DNA of 64,000 bases from a virus, in the IMG/VR virus record IMGVR_UViG_3300025816_000006, positions 32,001-96,000 of that record, one strand, 5' to 3'. This document shows, in pieces, positions 1 through 9,556 of this stretch. Position 1 is the first letter of the stretch; the number at the start of each line of letters is the position of its first letter. The notes under the pieces were generated by a model that was given only the letters and a program-made list of their open reading frames with translations, had not been told where the DNA came from and searched no databases. A program made the position numbers and the translations under genes.

Positions 1-1
1 G

Positions 2-2503
2 GATACTGCATACGGATGGGGAGATCACAGTTCTGCTGGATACTTAACTGCTCATCCAACAATTGGCGCTGCTTCAAGCAGTGATAATTCAGGTAGAACT
101 TACATCCAAGACATTACTCTTGATAGTAATGGACATGTTACGGGATTGGTAACAGCAACAGAGACAGTAACAAACACAGATACTCAACTCACCCAAGAGC
201 AGGTTGAGGACTTTGTGGGAGGTATGCTAGACGGCGATGAGACATTTATAACTGTCACTTACGACGATACGGATGGCAATATAGACTTTACCGTTCCCGT
301 TAAAGACGAAGATAATATGGCCTCTAATAGTGCTAGCCATTTAGCTACACAACAATCTATTAAATCTTATGTAGACACAGAGATAACCAATCTTATTGGT
401 GGAGCGCCCGGAGCTTTAGATACACTGAATGAACTTGCAGCAGCGATTAATGACGATGCTAGTTATGCCTCAACTATTACTACTGCATTAGCTGGCAAAC
501 AAGCTGTAGACGCAGGCTTGACATCTATAGCTGGATTAACTACCGCTGCTGACAAGATGATTTACACCACAGGCTCTGATACGTATGCTGTTACGGACTT
601 GACAGCAGCAGCTAGGGGTTTATTGGATGATGCGAATGTTTCAGCGATGAGAACTACACTAGGTGTAGACGCTGCCGGTACTGACAACTCCACGAATGTA
701 ACATTGGTTACATCAAGTCATGATTATCTTTCAATTTCAACTCAAGCAATAACGCTGGGTCAAATTGACATTGGGGATGACACAAACCTTACTGCTGGAG
801 ACGGTTTAACATTAACGGGCGATACTTTAAGTGTAAATGTTGATGACAGCACAATAGAAATAAATAGTGATTCGCTAAGAGTTAAAGCCGATGGTATTGG
901 TGCATCGCATCTTGCAAACACATCCGTAACTGCTGGAAGTTACACAAATGCAGACATCACGGTTGATGCTCAAGGTAGAATTACCGCCGCTGCCAATGGA
1001 AGCGGTGGAGGTGGTGGTGGTAGTATGTCTCAATTCATTCTAGAGGATGACAGTGGTGACGAAGTAACAATAGACAACAATAAAGAAGTCAAATTTATTG
1101 GTGCTGGCGGACTTACCATTAATTGGACTGACACAGATAACGGCACAGATGCCGACCCATACGACCTAACATTCACTATAGGTACACTTAACCAAAATAC
1201 AACAGGAAGTGCAGCTACTCTTACCACAGCAAGAGCTATAGCGCTAGATGGAGACGTAACAGGTACAGCAAACTTTGACGGTTCGGCAGGCATATCCATT
1301 ACTAGCACAATAGCTGATGATGCTGTCACTTACGCGAAGATGCAGAATGTCACCGCGACGAACGTGGTTCTTGGTAGAGATAGTGCTGGAGCAGGTATTG
1401 TAGAAGAAATAAGTGCTGCAAACCTCAGAACGATAATTAATGTTGAGGATGGGGCAGACGTTACAGATGCTACCAATGTGACCGCAGCGGGCGCCCTAAT
1501 GGATAGCGAGCTAACCGACTTAGCTGGTGTTAAAGGGGTTACTATCTCTACACTACAGGTTAAACCCACTGAAGGAGCTTTTGCCAATGGAGATAAGACT
1601 AAGCTAGATGGCATTGAGGCTAGTGCTGACGTAACGGATACAGCCAATGTAACTTCTGCTGGAGCCTTGATGGATTCAGAGGTAACAAATCTCGCACTTG
1701 TAAAAGCCTTAACAAAGGGTATTTCAGACGGAAACGTTCTAACAGCTAACGATGCAGTAGCAGACGATGACTTCCTTAGAATTAATGGTACAGAAGTAGA
1801 AGGTCGCACCGCTTCGGAAGTTCTCTCAGATATCTCAGCAGCACCAGCGGCGGGTAGCTCCAGTATTGTTACCGTAGGAACTATTGGCACAGGCACATGG
1901 CAGGGAACGGCGATTGCTACCGCGTATATTGCTGACGATGCTGTTACGGCTGACAAGCTAGCCAATACGTCAGTAACTGCGGGATCATACACAGCCGCTG
2001 ATATTACTGTGGATGCTCAAGGTAGAATTACCGCTGCTTCTAATGGTAGTGGCGGTGCTGTTTCTGCTGTTGCCAATGGTGCAGACAACAGAGTGGTAAC
2101 ATTCAGTAGCACTGACGCTCTAAATGGTGAAGCAAATCTAACTTTTGACGGCTCCACCCTCGCGGTCAATGGTGCTTTCACAGCAACCACAAAGTCGTTC
2201 TTGATAGACCACCCAACAAAAGAAGGGATGAAACTTCAGTATGCGTCTCTGGAAGGTCCAGAAAATGGTGTATATATTAGGGGAACTAGTGGTTCTAATA
2301 TTATTACACTGCCAGACTATTGGGCGGATTTAGTAGATCAGTCTACTGTCACAGTTACTCTTACTCCAATAGGATTTTATCAAGCACTTTACATAGAAGA
2401 AAAAGATAAAAATTACATAAAGGTTGGTGGCTCTAAAGGCAGTTATGATTACGTTGTTTACGGTGAGCGCAAAGACGTTGAAAAACTAAAGGTGGAGTGG
2501 TAA
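2..2503 (+). CDS. Tail fibre protein, 5'-partial (reading frame open from the window edge)
   Basis: Frame is open from position 2 (DTAYGWGDHSSAGYLTAHP...) into the listed 146..2503 ORF. Ala/Thr/Gly/Asp-rich fibre repeats, a GAPGALDTLNELAAAINDD motif, and a C-terminal TKSFLIDHPTK...LQYASLEGPENGVYIRG domain typical of phage fibres. Confidence 0.85.
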   Translation, partial: DTAYGWGDHSSAGYLTAHPTIGAASSSDNSGRTYIQDITLDSNGHVTGLVTATETVTNTDTQLTQEQVEDFVGGMLDGDETFITVTYDDTDGNIDFTVPVKDEDNMASNSASHLATQQSIKSYVDTEITNLIGGAPGALDTLNELAAAINDDASYASTITTALAGKQAVDAGLTSIAGLTTAADKMIYTTGSDTYAVTDLTAAARGLLDDANVSAMRTTLGVDAAGTDNSTNVTLVTSSHDYLSISTQAITLGQIDIGDDTNLTAGDGLTLTGDTLSVNVDDSTIEINSDSLRVKADGIGASHLANTSVTAGSYTNADITVDAQGRITAAANGSGGGGGGSMSQFILEDDSGDEVTIDNNKEVKFIGAGGLTINWTDTDNGTDADPYDLTFTIGTLNQNTTGSAATLTTARAIALDGDVTGTANFDGSAGISITSTIADDAVTYAKMQNVTATNVVLGRDSAGAGIVEEISAANLRTIINVEDGADVTDATNVTAAGALMDSELTDLAGVKGVTISTLQVKPTEGAFANGDKTKLDGIEASADVTDTANVTSAGALMDSEVTNLALVKALTKGISDGNVLTANDAVADDDFLRINGTEVEGRTASEVLSDISAAPAAGSSSIVTVGTIGTGTWQGTAIATAYIADDAVTADKLANTSVTAGSYTAADITVDAQGRITAASNGSGGAVSAVANGADNRVVTFSSTDALNGEANLTFDGSTLAVNGAFTATTKSFLIDHPTKEGMKLQYASLEGPENGVYIRGTSGSNIITLPDYWADLVDQSTVTVTLTPIGFYQALYIEEKDKNYIKVGGSKGSYDYVVYGERKDVEKLKVEW
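911..2056 (+). repeat. Internal duplications in the tail fibre: LANTSVTAGSYTxADITVDAQGRITAAxNGSGG x2 and ADVTDxxNVTxAGALMDSE x2
   Basis: First module at ~911-1009 and ~1958-2056, with 23 identical nt (gatgctcaaggtagaattaccgc) at 965-987 and 2012-2034. Second module at ~1454-1510 and ~1625-1681. Confidence 0.9.
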
Positions 2504-3183
2504 TGGCTGTAACATACAACTCTAGTATTATTAGGGATAATTTAATTTTTTGCATGGACGCTGCTGATATAAATGGAGGATCGTCTGCTGAAGACATTGT
2601 AGGTTCTTCTACAACAGCGCTTGTTAATGAAGCTTCGTTTGATAGCGCTGATTACGGTTCTATTTTATTAGACGGTACGGATGATCACATAACTACAAAT
2701 TTAAGTAATTCTGTTTTCTCTAGTACTGACACGCAGTTTACTATAGATATTTGGTTAAAAGCAGACATAAATAATTCTGCACTTGGTATATATGGATTTA
2801 CTGATGGCGGGGGAGAGTATATAGAAATTAGAATGGATGGAACTAAATACATGTTTTCTACAAGGTATAATTCTATCACTAGAAGCGCAACTGGAACAGC
2901 GGTTACGAACACTTGGACAAACTTGACGTGCGTAAAAGCTCCGGGGCTACAAGATGTTTACCTTAATGGTGAGATAGAAACGGTTGGGTCTCCAAACACA
3001 GCGCAGGGAGACGATCTAAGTTTTGGAAGCATGTCGCCGGTTTTTGGGGCTAGAGGAAATTCTGCAAGTCCATCTGCCTCTTATTGGAATGGAAATATTT
3101 CTGTTGTCAGAGTTTACGATAGAGCTTTATCAAGTGTTGAAATAAGGACAAACTACAATGCTACTAAGAGGAGATATTTATGA
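2503..3183 (+). CDS. LamG/concanavalin A-like lectin domain virion protein
   Basis: ATG overlaps the upstream stop (TAATG). Motifs LDGTDDHI, FTIDIWLK, WTNLTCV, VYLNG, GNISVVRVYDRALSSVEI. Confidence 0.85.
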   Translation: MAVTYNSSIIRDNLIFCMDAADINGGSSAEDIVGSSTTALVNEASFDSADYGSILLDGTDDHITTNLSNSVFSSTDTQFTIDIWLKADINNSALGIYGFTDGGGEYIEIRMDGTKYMFSTRYNSITRSATGTAVTNTWTNLTCVKAPGLQDVYLNGEIETVGSPNTAQGDDLSFGSMSPVFGARGNSASPSASYWNGNISVVRVYDRALSSVEIRTNYNATKRRYL

Positions 3184-3446
3184 GTCATAGTGATTTTGAC
3201 CACAGACATTACGTTGTTATTTCAGCAAGTGATGTCCCAAATATAGACTTTACTCAAGTGATGGAAACGTCTGCTGAGACTTTGCGTTTCAGTGTAGACG
3301 GAACCTTGACGTTTGTAAAGTATGAGGGCGACATGCCTTCAAGTGTAACCGCCTGCTCCAGCAAGAGTCAAGAGTATTCTCATGATGAGATTCTGGCGAT
3401 TCTGAATAATGAAGATCAGGTTTGGTGGGTGGAGGAAACACCGTAA
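3180..3446 (+). CDS. Small hypothetical protein, probably fibre/lectin-associated
   Basis: 88 aa, overlaps both LamG neighbours (ATGA and TAATG). Confidence 0.75.
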   Translation: MSHSDFDHRHYVVISASDVPNIDFTQVMETSAETLRFSVDGTLTFVKYEGDMPSSVTACSSKSQEYSHDEILAILNNEDQVWWVEETP

Positions 3447-4132
3447 TGGGATTAACACACTCCCCTAAAATTGTTACAGACGGTCTGGTGCTGTGTTTGG
3501 ATGCTGCAAATCAACGTAGCTACCCCAAGTCTGGAACGACTTGGAGTGATCTTACAGGCGGAAATAATGGAACATTAGCTAATGGACCTTCTTTCGGCGC
3601 TGAAAACGGTGGGGTTATTTCGTTAGATGGAAGTGATGATAAAATTTCAATATCTAATACTGATATATTTTCTTTAGTCGCTAATCAGGGTTTTTCTATT
3701 TGTATAATAGCTAAAGATATTGGCTACTTATTTTATATAGATCTTGGTTCAAATCTCGGCGAGCAAATGGGGTTTAACAATACGGAATTTTATTGGTCGG
3801 GTGCGGGCAGAGGTGCTGCTTATGCAGAAGTAGAATATAACACCACTTTTTCTGCTGGCACTTGGTATCATATCGTTTGCACTAGAGATACTTCGGGAAA
3901 CCCCAGAGTTTATATCAATGGGGTGTTTAAAGGAACTACCAATCCTAACAATGCCAATAACATTAATTCTTCAATTGATTTTTCTTCTGCTTCTGAATTT
4001 CAACTTGGATACTCTACCTCCTACAACAGCTATGGTTCGACCACTTTTTCTCATTTTTCTTATTATAATCGTGAACTAACCGCCAAAGAAATCCGCCAGA
4101 ATTACGAAGCAACAAAAGGGAGGTACACATAA
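3446..4132 (+). CDS. LamG/concanavalin A-like lectin domain virion protein
   Basis: TAATG-coupled start. Motifs GLVLCLDAANQRSYP, LDGSDD, WYHIVCTR, VYING, YYNRELTAKEIRQNY. Confidence 0.88.
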   Translation: MGLTHSPKIVTDGLVLCLDAANQRSYPKSGTTWSDLTGGNNGTLANGPSFGAENGGVISLDGSDDKISISNTDIFSLVANQGFSICIIAKDIGYLFYIDLGSNLGEQMGFNNTEFYWSGAGRGAAYAEVEYNTTFSAGTWYHIVCTRDTSGNPRVYINGVFKGTTNPNNANNINSSIDFSSASEFQLGYSTSYNSYGSTTFSHFSYYNRELTAKEIRQNYEATKGRYT

Positions 4133-4836
4133 TGGCTATTAATGCTGGACCCAAAATAGAAATAGATGACCTTGACTTTGTTTTAGATGCTGCCAATCCA
4201 AGAAGTTATCCTAGAAACGGATCAAACTGGAAGGGGCTAAAAAGAAAGAACAATTTCGCCCTTACAAATAACCCTAGTTTCAACACTGCAAACGGCGGGT
4301 TTTTTACTTTTGATGGAACTGATGACTATGTGGACTTGGGTGATCTTTCGTCTCAATTAAGCAACGTAACCCAGTATTCAATAGGTTGCTGGTTTTATAT
4401 ACCAGATATAACCGTTGCTGGCAATGGCGGTATTCTTGGAAGGAACAATAATACACCTAGTCAACTTAGTATCATGTTTTCTGGCGTTAGATTACGAATA
4501 CGTAGTAAAAATGATCGCGTGAAATATGGACAAATTGATATATCTACAATAACATCAAACAATAAATGGACACATCTTTTTGTAGTTTTTGACGGTTCTG
4601 GTACGGGCAATGCAGAAAGATTAAAATGTTTTATTGACGGAGAACAGGTTACATTGAGTTTTACTGGCACGATAAACAGTACTACGGGAACTGTAAGTGC
4701 AACAGATTACACTCTTGGTAGAGGTAGAAGTAATTATTTAGATGGTGGTATTTCTAATTTTAAAATTTATAAACGCGCACTAAGTGCAAGGCGAATACTC
4801 GGAAACTACAAGGCAACCAGAGGGAGATATACATAA
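4132..4836 (+). CDS. LamG/concanavalin A-like lectin domain virion protein
   Basis: Motifs LDAANPRSYP, FDGTDDYV, WTHLFVVFDG, FIDG, GGISNFKIYKRALS; paralogue of the two upstream LamG genes. Confidence 0.88.
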   Translation: MAINAGPKIEIDDLDFVLDAANPRSYPRNGSNWKGLKRKNNFALTNNPSFNTANGGFFTFDGTDDYVDLGDLSSQLSNVTQYSIGCWFYIPDITVAGNGGILGRNNNTPSQLSIMFSGVRLRIRSKNDRVKYGQIDISTITSNNKWTHLFVVFDGSGTGNAERLKCFIDGEQVTLSFTGTINSTTGTVSATDYTLGRGRSNYLDGGISNFKIYKRALSARRILGNYKATRGRYT

Positions 4837-6014
4837 TGGCGCAAGACATTCTAATAACACCCGGAAGCGGTGAGCCACAAATACTGTTTCGTGGTAGCGG
4901 CACGTATGATAGCGCTATAGAGCTTAACGTTCTGTCTAGTTATCAAAGCGCTGGCGCTGGATCAGGGTCTGCTTTAATTTTTGAAGGTACTCAAGGTCAA
5001 TTATTTGGTATTACAGATAACCTTTCTAGTGGTACTATATTTAGTGTTTCAGATATTACAGGTCTACCGTCCATAGAAGTTAACTCTGATGCTCAGGTAA
5101 AAATATGTGAATATGGCAGTGGTACATTATTATTTAATGATCTTACTGGCAATGACTCTTTAATAAATATAAGTGGTGTTGCTCTTGGTATTAGTGGTGT
5201 AAGATTTTCTGATAATACAACTTTAACGACTGCGCCCAGTGCCGGTATGTCTAATTTTATCCTAGAAGATGATGATGGGACTGAGGTTACAGTCTCCGAT
5301 GGAAAAGAAGTTAAAATTATTGGTGATGGGATCACTACAAATTGGACGGATGTCAGCGATGGGTCAGATGGCGACCCTTATGATTTAACCTTATCTGTGG
5401 ATGCTGCTCAAACTAATATTACGTCTATATTAGCAACTGATGTTAAAATTGGTGAAGATGATCAGACAAAGATTGACTTTGAGACGGAAGATGAAATTCA
5501 CTTTTATGCAGCTAACGCAGAACAAGTGTACGTTGCTGATGGCGTGTTTGGCCCGCAAACAGATAGCGATGTTGACTTAGGTGCTACTAGTGTTCGCTGG
5601 AAAGATGCTTACGTTGATAGTATAACAACTACCGACAAGATAACTGCTGGAGGTTCTATCAACCAAGCTCCAAACACTGCTACCGATGGTGGTATTGTGG
5701 ATATTGATTGCAGCACTTCTAACTATCATGAAATACTTATGAACGCAGATGCTACAAGAATTAACTTCACAAATGTAACCGCTGGTCAGAGAGTTATAGT
5801 TAGATTCAAACAACATAGCTCACATATTGACTTGAACTCTAGTGAAGGATTTAATGATGTAGATGTCAACGGTGGTAATGCCACTATTAAGTGGGCTGGA
5901 GGTATTGTGCCTACCTTGACAGAATCAAACAACGCTGTTGATGTTTATGGATTTATATTTGAAAGTACTGTAACAAATGTTATGGCGTTTATTATTGGTC
6001 AGGATATTAAATAA
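4836..6014 (+). CDS. Tail fibre-like structural protein
   Basis: Motifs DVDLGATSVRWKDAYVDS and C-terminal IKWAGGIVPTLTESNNAVDVYGF; shares a ~50-aa module with the first tail fibre. Confidence 0.75.
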   Translation: MAQDILITPGSGEPQILFRGSGTYDSAIELNVLSSYQSAGAGSGSALIFEGTQGQLFGITDNLSSGTIFSVSDITGLPSIEVNSDAQVKICEYGSGTLLFNDLTGNDSLINISGVALGISGVRFSDNTTLTTAPSAGMSNFILEDDDGTEVTVSDGKEVKIIGDGITTNWTDVSDGSDGDPYDLTLSVDAAQTNITSILATDVKIGEDDQTKIDFETEDEIHFYAANAEQVYVADGVFGPQTDSDVDLGATSVRWKDAYVDSITTTDKITAGGSINQAPNTATDGGIVDIDCSTSNYHEILMNADATRINFTNVTAGQRVIVRFKQHSSHIDLNSSEGFNDVDVNGGNATIKWAGGIVPTLTESNNAVDVYGFIFESTVTNVMAFIIGQDIK

Positions 6015-6421
6015 TGGCTAGGAATTTAAGAAACCACGTTGTAATTATAGCTACAGTAGAATCGTACAATGAAGGCTCCGTGGGCGGTTCTGGTCCTAGT
6101 TATACAGTAACATATGATTCAGGGCAAGACATAAGCGCAGTACAAGTTGGTCAATTTGTATATGCCGAAAAAAGAACGGCTGGAGCAGGCACTAGCAGTA
6201 CCGTTGCATCTACTTATGTTTATTTAATAACCGCCATTGGTGAAACCGGAGAATTTGGCGATCAACCCGAAATGACTTTGAAATACATATACGATACTGC
6301 TAATACTGGTGACGACTCTCCCGCCGACTTACATCGAGGAGGGGGAAGTTCTGGTTCACCTCAAATCGCAGATCACAAAGTGGTAATGGTTTTAGGGGAA
6401 GCATTTAACGTTTTTATATAG
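6014..6421 (+). CDS. Hypothetical protein, likely structural
   Basis: 135-aa ORF, TAATG-coupled to the upstream gene. Confidence 0.65.
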   Translation: MARNLRNHVVIIATVESYNEGSVGGSGPSYTVTYDSGQDISAVQVGQFVYAEKRTAGAGTSSTVASTYVYLITAIGETGEFGDQPEMTLKYIYDTANTGDDSPADLHRGGGSSGSPQIADHKVVMVLGEAFNVFI

Positions 6422-6429
6422 GATTAATA

Positions 6430-7461
6430 ATGTCGGTTAAGGAATGTCAATGCCCTCAAGCGGGTTATTGTGAATATTTTAGACAGGAAATGACATACAG
6501 CCCACCAAACTGGCAGTGGTGTCAGGGTGCTAGTGAAGAAGAAAGAGCAAGTTATAAGATAGATTGCGATAAAAAGCACGATAGAAGAAAATTAGTTCTT
6601 GATGGTAAATATATTACTAATCAACAGTTGATAAAAGACTGTGTAGATTATCTTATACCAAAAATAGCTAACTTAAACATAAAAGGAATTGCGCCAGTTC
6701 CAAGGTCTGGATTTTTACCTGCAAGCTTTTGCTCTGTTATGCTTAACCTTCCTTTGTATTCTATGCAAAAAGACGGTTCTGTTGAACCTATGTCTGGAGT
6801 ATGTAAGTTTGGCGGAAAGAGAATGGAGAACCATAAAGATTTAGACGGCAAGATTTTGGTTTTAGACGATACGGTATATGCAGGTAATTCATTAGCCCGT
6901 ATAAAAAAACAACTAGGTAGAGATAATTTTCTATTCGGTTCTTTATATGTACATCCTTCTTCGTTAAAATTAGTTGATCTCTACGGTAAAAAGTTACCAC
7001 CTCCACATTTATTAGAGTGGAATTTTTTTAATAGTTCTTACGTTAGTCAGTGTCTACTTGATTTCGACGGAATACTATGCCCTAATGTTCCATATCAAAT
7101 TGCTAAAGATGAAGAAAAATATATTGATTATATAAAAAATGTAGAACCTTATCATCACAGGTTACCAAAAGTACATACGTGCAAGGGTATAGTAACAGCA
7201 AGGCTTGAAAAATACAGAGACGAAACAGAAGAGTGGCTGGAAAAACACAAAGTAAAATATAGATTTCTTAGAATGTTTCCTAGTGAAAGACAACAGGAGA
7301 GAGATGCTAACCATGCAGTAGAGGCCGCTAAGTTTAAATCAGATGTTTTGCGCGAAGTTGATGCTCATTTTTTTATGGAGAGCGAAAAACTTGAGGCGCA
7401 ACTTATGAGATCTCAGAGCGAAAGACTTATAATATGCCCAGAGGAGGGGTCGTTTAGATGA
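6430..7461 (+). CDS. Type I phosphoribosyltransferase-HAD phosphatase fusion with Cys-rich N-terminus
   Basis: PRTase motifs PVPRSGFLPA and ILVLDDTVYAGNSL; HAD motif I LLDFDGILC, then IVTAR, K and FFMESE; N-terminal CQCPQAGYC...WQWC. Confidence 0.8.
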   Translation: MSVKECQCPQAGYCEYFRQEMTYSPPNWQWCQGASEEERASYKIDCDKKHDRRKLVLDGKYITNQQLIKDCVDYLIPKIANLNIKGIAPVPRSGFLPASFCSVMLNLPLYSMQKDGSVEPMSGVCKFGGKRMENHKDLDGKILVLDDTVYAGNSLARIKKQLGRDNFLFGSLYVHPSSLKLVDLYGKKLPPPHLLEWNFFNSSYVSQCLLDFDGILCPNVPYQIAKDEEKYIDYIKNVEPYHHRLPKVHTCKGIVTARLEKYRDETEEWLEKHKVKYRFLRMFPSERQQERDANHAVEAAKFKSDVLREVDAHFFMESEKLEAQLMRSQSERLIICPEEGSFR

Positions 7462-8255
7462 AGCCACTAACTCCTGTGATACAATTTGATGATGTTCTAC
7501 CTCGTCAAAATTCAGACATTGCTATTTGTGTAATTCCAGCCAATGATATTGCCTCAAGACAGCTTGATATAACAAGGTCAAACATATTAAATTACGCTAA
7601 CTCTTGTGGCGCTGACTACGTTGAGCTAGACGGAGATTTATCCCAAGACTGGCCTATGTCTAATAAGTATAGATTGAGACAAGTAGTCGAGAAATACGAA
7701 CATACCTTGTACTTAGATTGCGACATTGTAGTTAAGCAGGGTTCTCCAAATGTATTTGACGTATTTAATAAAGATAAAATATCCTTTGTAGATGAATTTC
7801 ACATACTAAAAAACTCTTACCACTATACTTTATTTAAGCATTTTTGCTACGAAAGATTTTTGATCTTAGAAGATTATCCTGATTTTTATAAAAACAATAG
7901 AGCCGTTCAGCCAAATGGTGGCATGATGTTTTTTCCTAAAAGACTTGCTGAAAAGTATTCACAACCAAAAAATCCTTATTATAAAACATGGTGCTTTGAT
8001 CAAGATTATCTTATTCTTAATTTAGACGAGGACGATTTTGAGTTGGTTGACTGGAGATACAACCTAGAGTTTATAGACTTTGGGTTCTGGTCTAAGATTG
8101 AAGACGCTTATTTTGTACACCTAAATGGCTGTAGACCAATTAACTATAGGTTAGAGCTTTTAAAGAGAATAACTCAGGGTGATTACGGATATTTTCCACA
8201 ACCAGAGGTAGATCACCAAGAGTCTTTTAGGCCATTATGGAAAGAGACATGTTAA
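7458..8255 (+). CDS. Glycosyltransferase, GT-A fold (GT8/GT34-like)
   Basis: DxD motif TLYLDCDIVV, then NGGMMFF, FDQDYL and YFVHLNG. Confidence 0.8.
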   Translation: MKPLTPVIQFDDVLPRQNSDIAICVIPANDIASRQLDITRSNILNYANSCGADYVELDGDLSQDWPMSNKYRLRQVVEKYEHTLYLDCDIVVKQGSPNVFDVFNKDKISFVDEFHILKNSYHYTLFKHFCYERFLILEDYPDFYKNNRAVQPNGGMMFFPKRLAEKYSQPKNPYYKTWCFDQDYLILNLDEDDFELVDWRYNLEFIDFGFWSKIEDAYFVHLNGCRPINYRLELLKRITQGDYGYFPQPEVDHQESFRPLWKETC

Positions 8256-8806
8256 TAAATAACTCTAAAAATATTTTAGTTTGGCAACCCTTCAAGAATT
8301 ACAGCACGTCTATCGCTAATTATTTAACGAGCTATAAGGTGTTTGGTGTTGATAAGTTTGTTTTTGTTCAGGGTCCAGTGCCATACCTACCAAACGATGT
8401 CGCCCAACCAGAACATGAGCCAGCTTTAGGGCATACAAACTGGTTTTCTAAAAGGGCTACAAATTACACTAAAGTTCTTCCAATTAGAAACCCCTATGAC
8501 AGAGCGCTTAGTCAGTGGAAACATGCTCTTAAAAGCAACAGCGAACTTAGCTTTGACGATTGGCTGATGATTCATTCCAAGCAATTGATAAAGTTTCCAG
8601 CAACAAAGATGTACAAATATGATTATTTGTTAAAAGTAGAAGATGTAGAAAATGGATTGCGTGAACTAAATCTTTTTAAAGAAGAACACGCTTTCCCTCA
8701 TAGTAATAAGTCTGACGATCTCGACTTTACTCTAACACAATACCACAAAGATATGATATACTATTTACATTATAGTGATTTTCTGGAAGGTAGATACGAG
8801 AAATGA
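8249..8806 (+). CDS. Sulfotransferase family protein (Sulfotransfer_2-like)
   Basis: 5'-PSB-like PFKNYSTSI, 3'-PB IRNPYDRALSQW, and C-terminal YDYLLKVED...PHSNKS...YHKDMIYYLHYSDF. Alternative start at 8237. Confidence 0.72.
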   Translation: MLINNSKNILVWQPFKNYSTSIANYLTSYKVFGVDKFVFVQGPVPYLPNDVAQPEHEPALGHTNWFSKRATNYTKVLPIRNPYDRALSQWKHALKSNSELSFDDWLMIHSKQLIKFPATKMYKYDYLLKVEDVENGLRELNLFKEEHAFPHSNKSDDLDFTLTQYHKDMIYYLHYSDFLEGRYEK

Positions 8807-9546
8807 GATTGCTTGATAAGTCTTTATTTGCGCCAATATTTGAAGATTTAAAAGGTCTTAGGGTTGGGATTGTAGACGGATTTGGTAATGTTGGTGATGA
8901 TTTACTGTACTTGGCTACTAGGCGGTTTTGCCAAGAGTTTGGTGTTGACCACTTCACAGTAAACGCTTTAGCGGAAGACACTATACCCAAATGCGACAAG
9001 TTATTGCTTTTTGCTGGCGGAAATGTAGGCTACCCAAAGTGCGCAGCTATAAGAAAAAAGGCTTTTGAGTCTGGAATACCCTGCTGGATGCTACCTCAAT
9101 CGGTATTTAAGAAGGAAGATTTACCGTTTGAAAGATTATATTTCAGGGATTCTGTCAGCAGAGATATAATAGGCAGGGGAGATATAGTGCCAGATTTAGC
9201 GCTAGGATTTGATTTTCCAGAAGTTATTTGCGAAAAAGGTGGAGATGAAACATTTCTTAGAAAAACCGGAGAAACTGTATTTCAATATATACCACCCCCC
9301 GAAAGAAAAGACCCTTCTTTCTTTTGTCACACACCTCAGCAATATTGGGAATATGCAGCAACCCTATCTTCGGTAAAAACCGATAGGCTTCATTTTGCTA
9401 TTTGCTCTCTGGCTATGGGGGTAAAAACTACCCTACTTCCTGTGTACTACCACAAGAATAAAACTATGCACAATGAGTATTTAAACGATCTTGGCTGTTT
9501 TTGGTCAGATTCAGTGTATAATATTAATATCGCCAGACTTAAATAA
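8803..9546 (+). CDS. Polysaccharide pyruvyl transferase family protein
   Basis: Motifs GNVGDDL, AGGN, PQS, FRDSVS, VPDLAL and TDRLHFAICSL...YHKN. Confidence 0.85.
   Translation: MRLLDKSLFAPIFEDLKGLRVGIVDGFGNVGDDLLYLATRRFCQEFGVDHFTVNALAEDTIPKCDKLLLFAGGNVGYPKCAAIRKKAFESGIPCWMLPQSVFKKEDLPFERLYFRDSVSRDIIGRGDIVPDLALGFDFPEVICEKGGDETFLRKTGETVFQYIPPPERKDPSFFCHTPQQYWEYAATLSSVKTDRLHFAICSLAMGVKTTLLPVYYHKNKTMHNEYLNDLGCFWSDSVYNINIARLK
9514..9523 (+). promoter_or_regulatory. Candidate phage promoter motif GTGTATAATA
   Basis: Exact 10-mer 34-43 bp upstream of the 9557 start; also present at 15184, 40658 and 53400. Confidence 0.55.
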
Positions 9547-9556
9547 AGGATAAATT

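Noticed and set aside
1030-1992. Minus-strand ORFs of 99 and 220 aa
   Set aside because: Antisense shadows of the Ala/Thr/Val-rich tail fibre codons; no RBS or family motif.
2503-4836. Diversity-generating retroelement or invertase shufflon acting on the LamG genes
   Set aside because: No reverse transcriptase or recombinase in the window, no near-identical template/variable repeat pair differing at adenines, and no inverted crossover sites seen.
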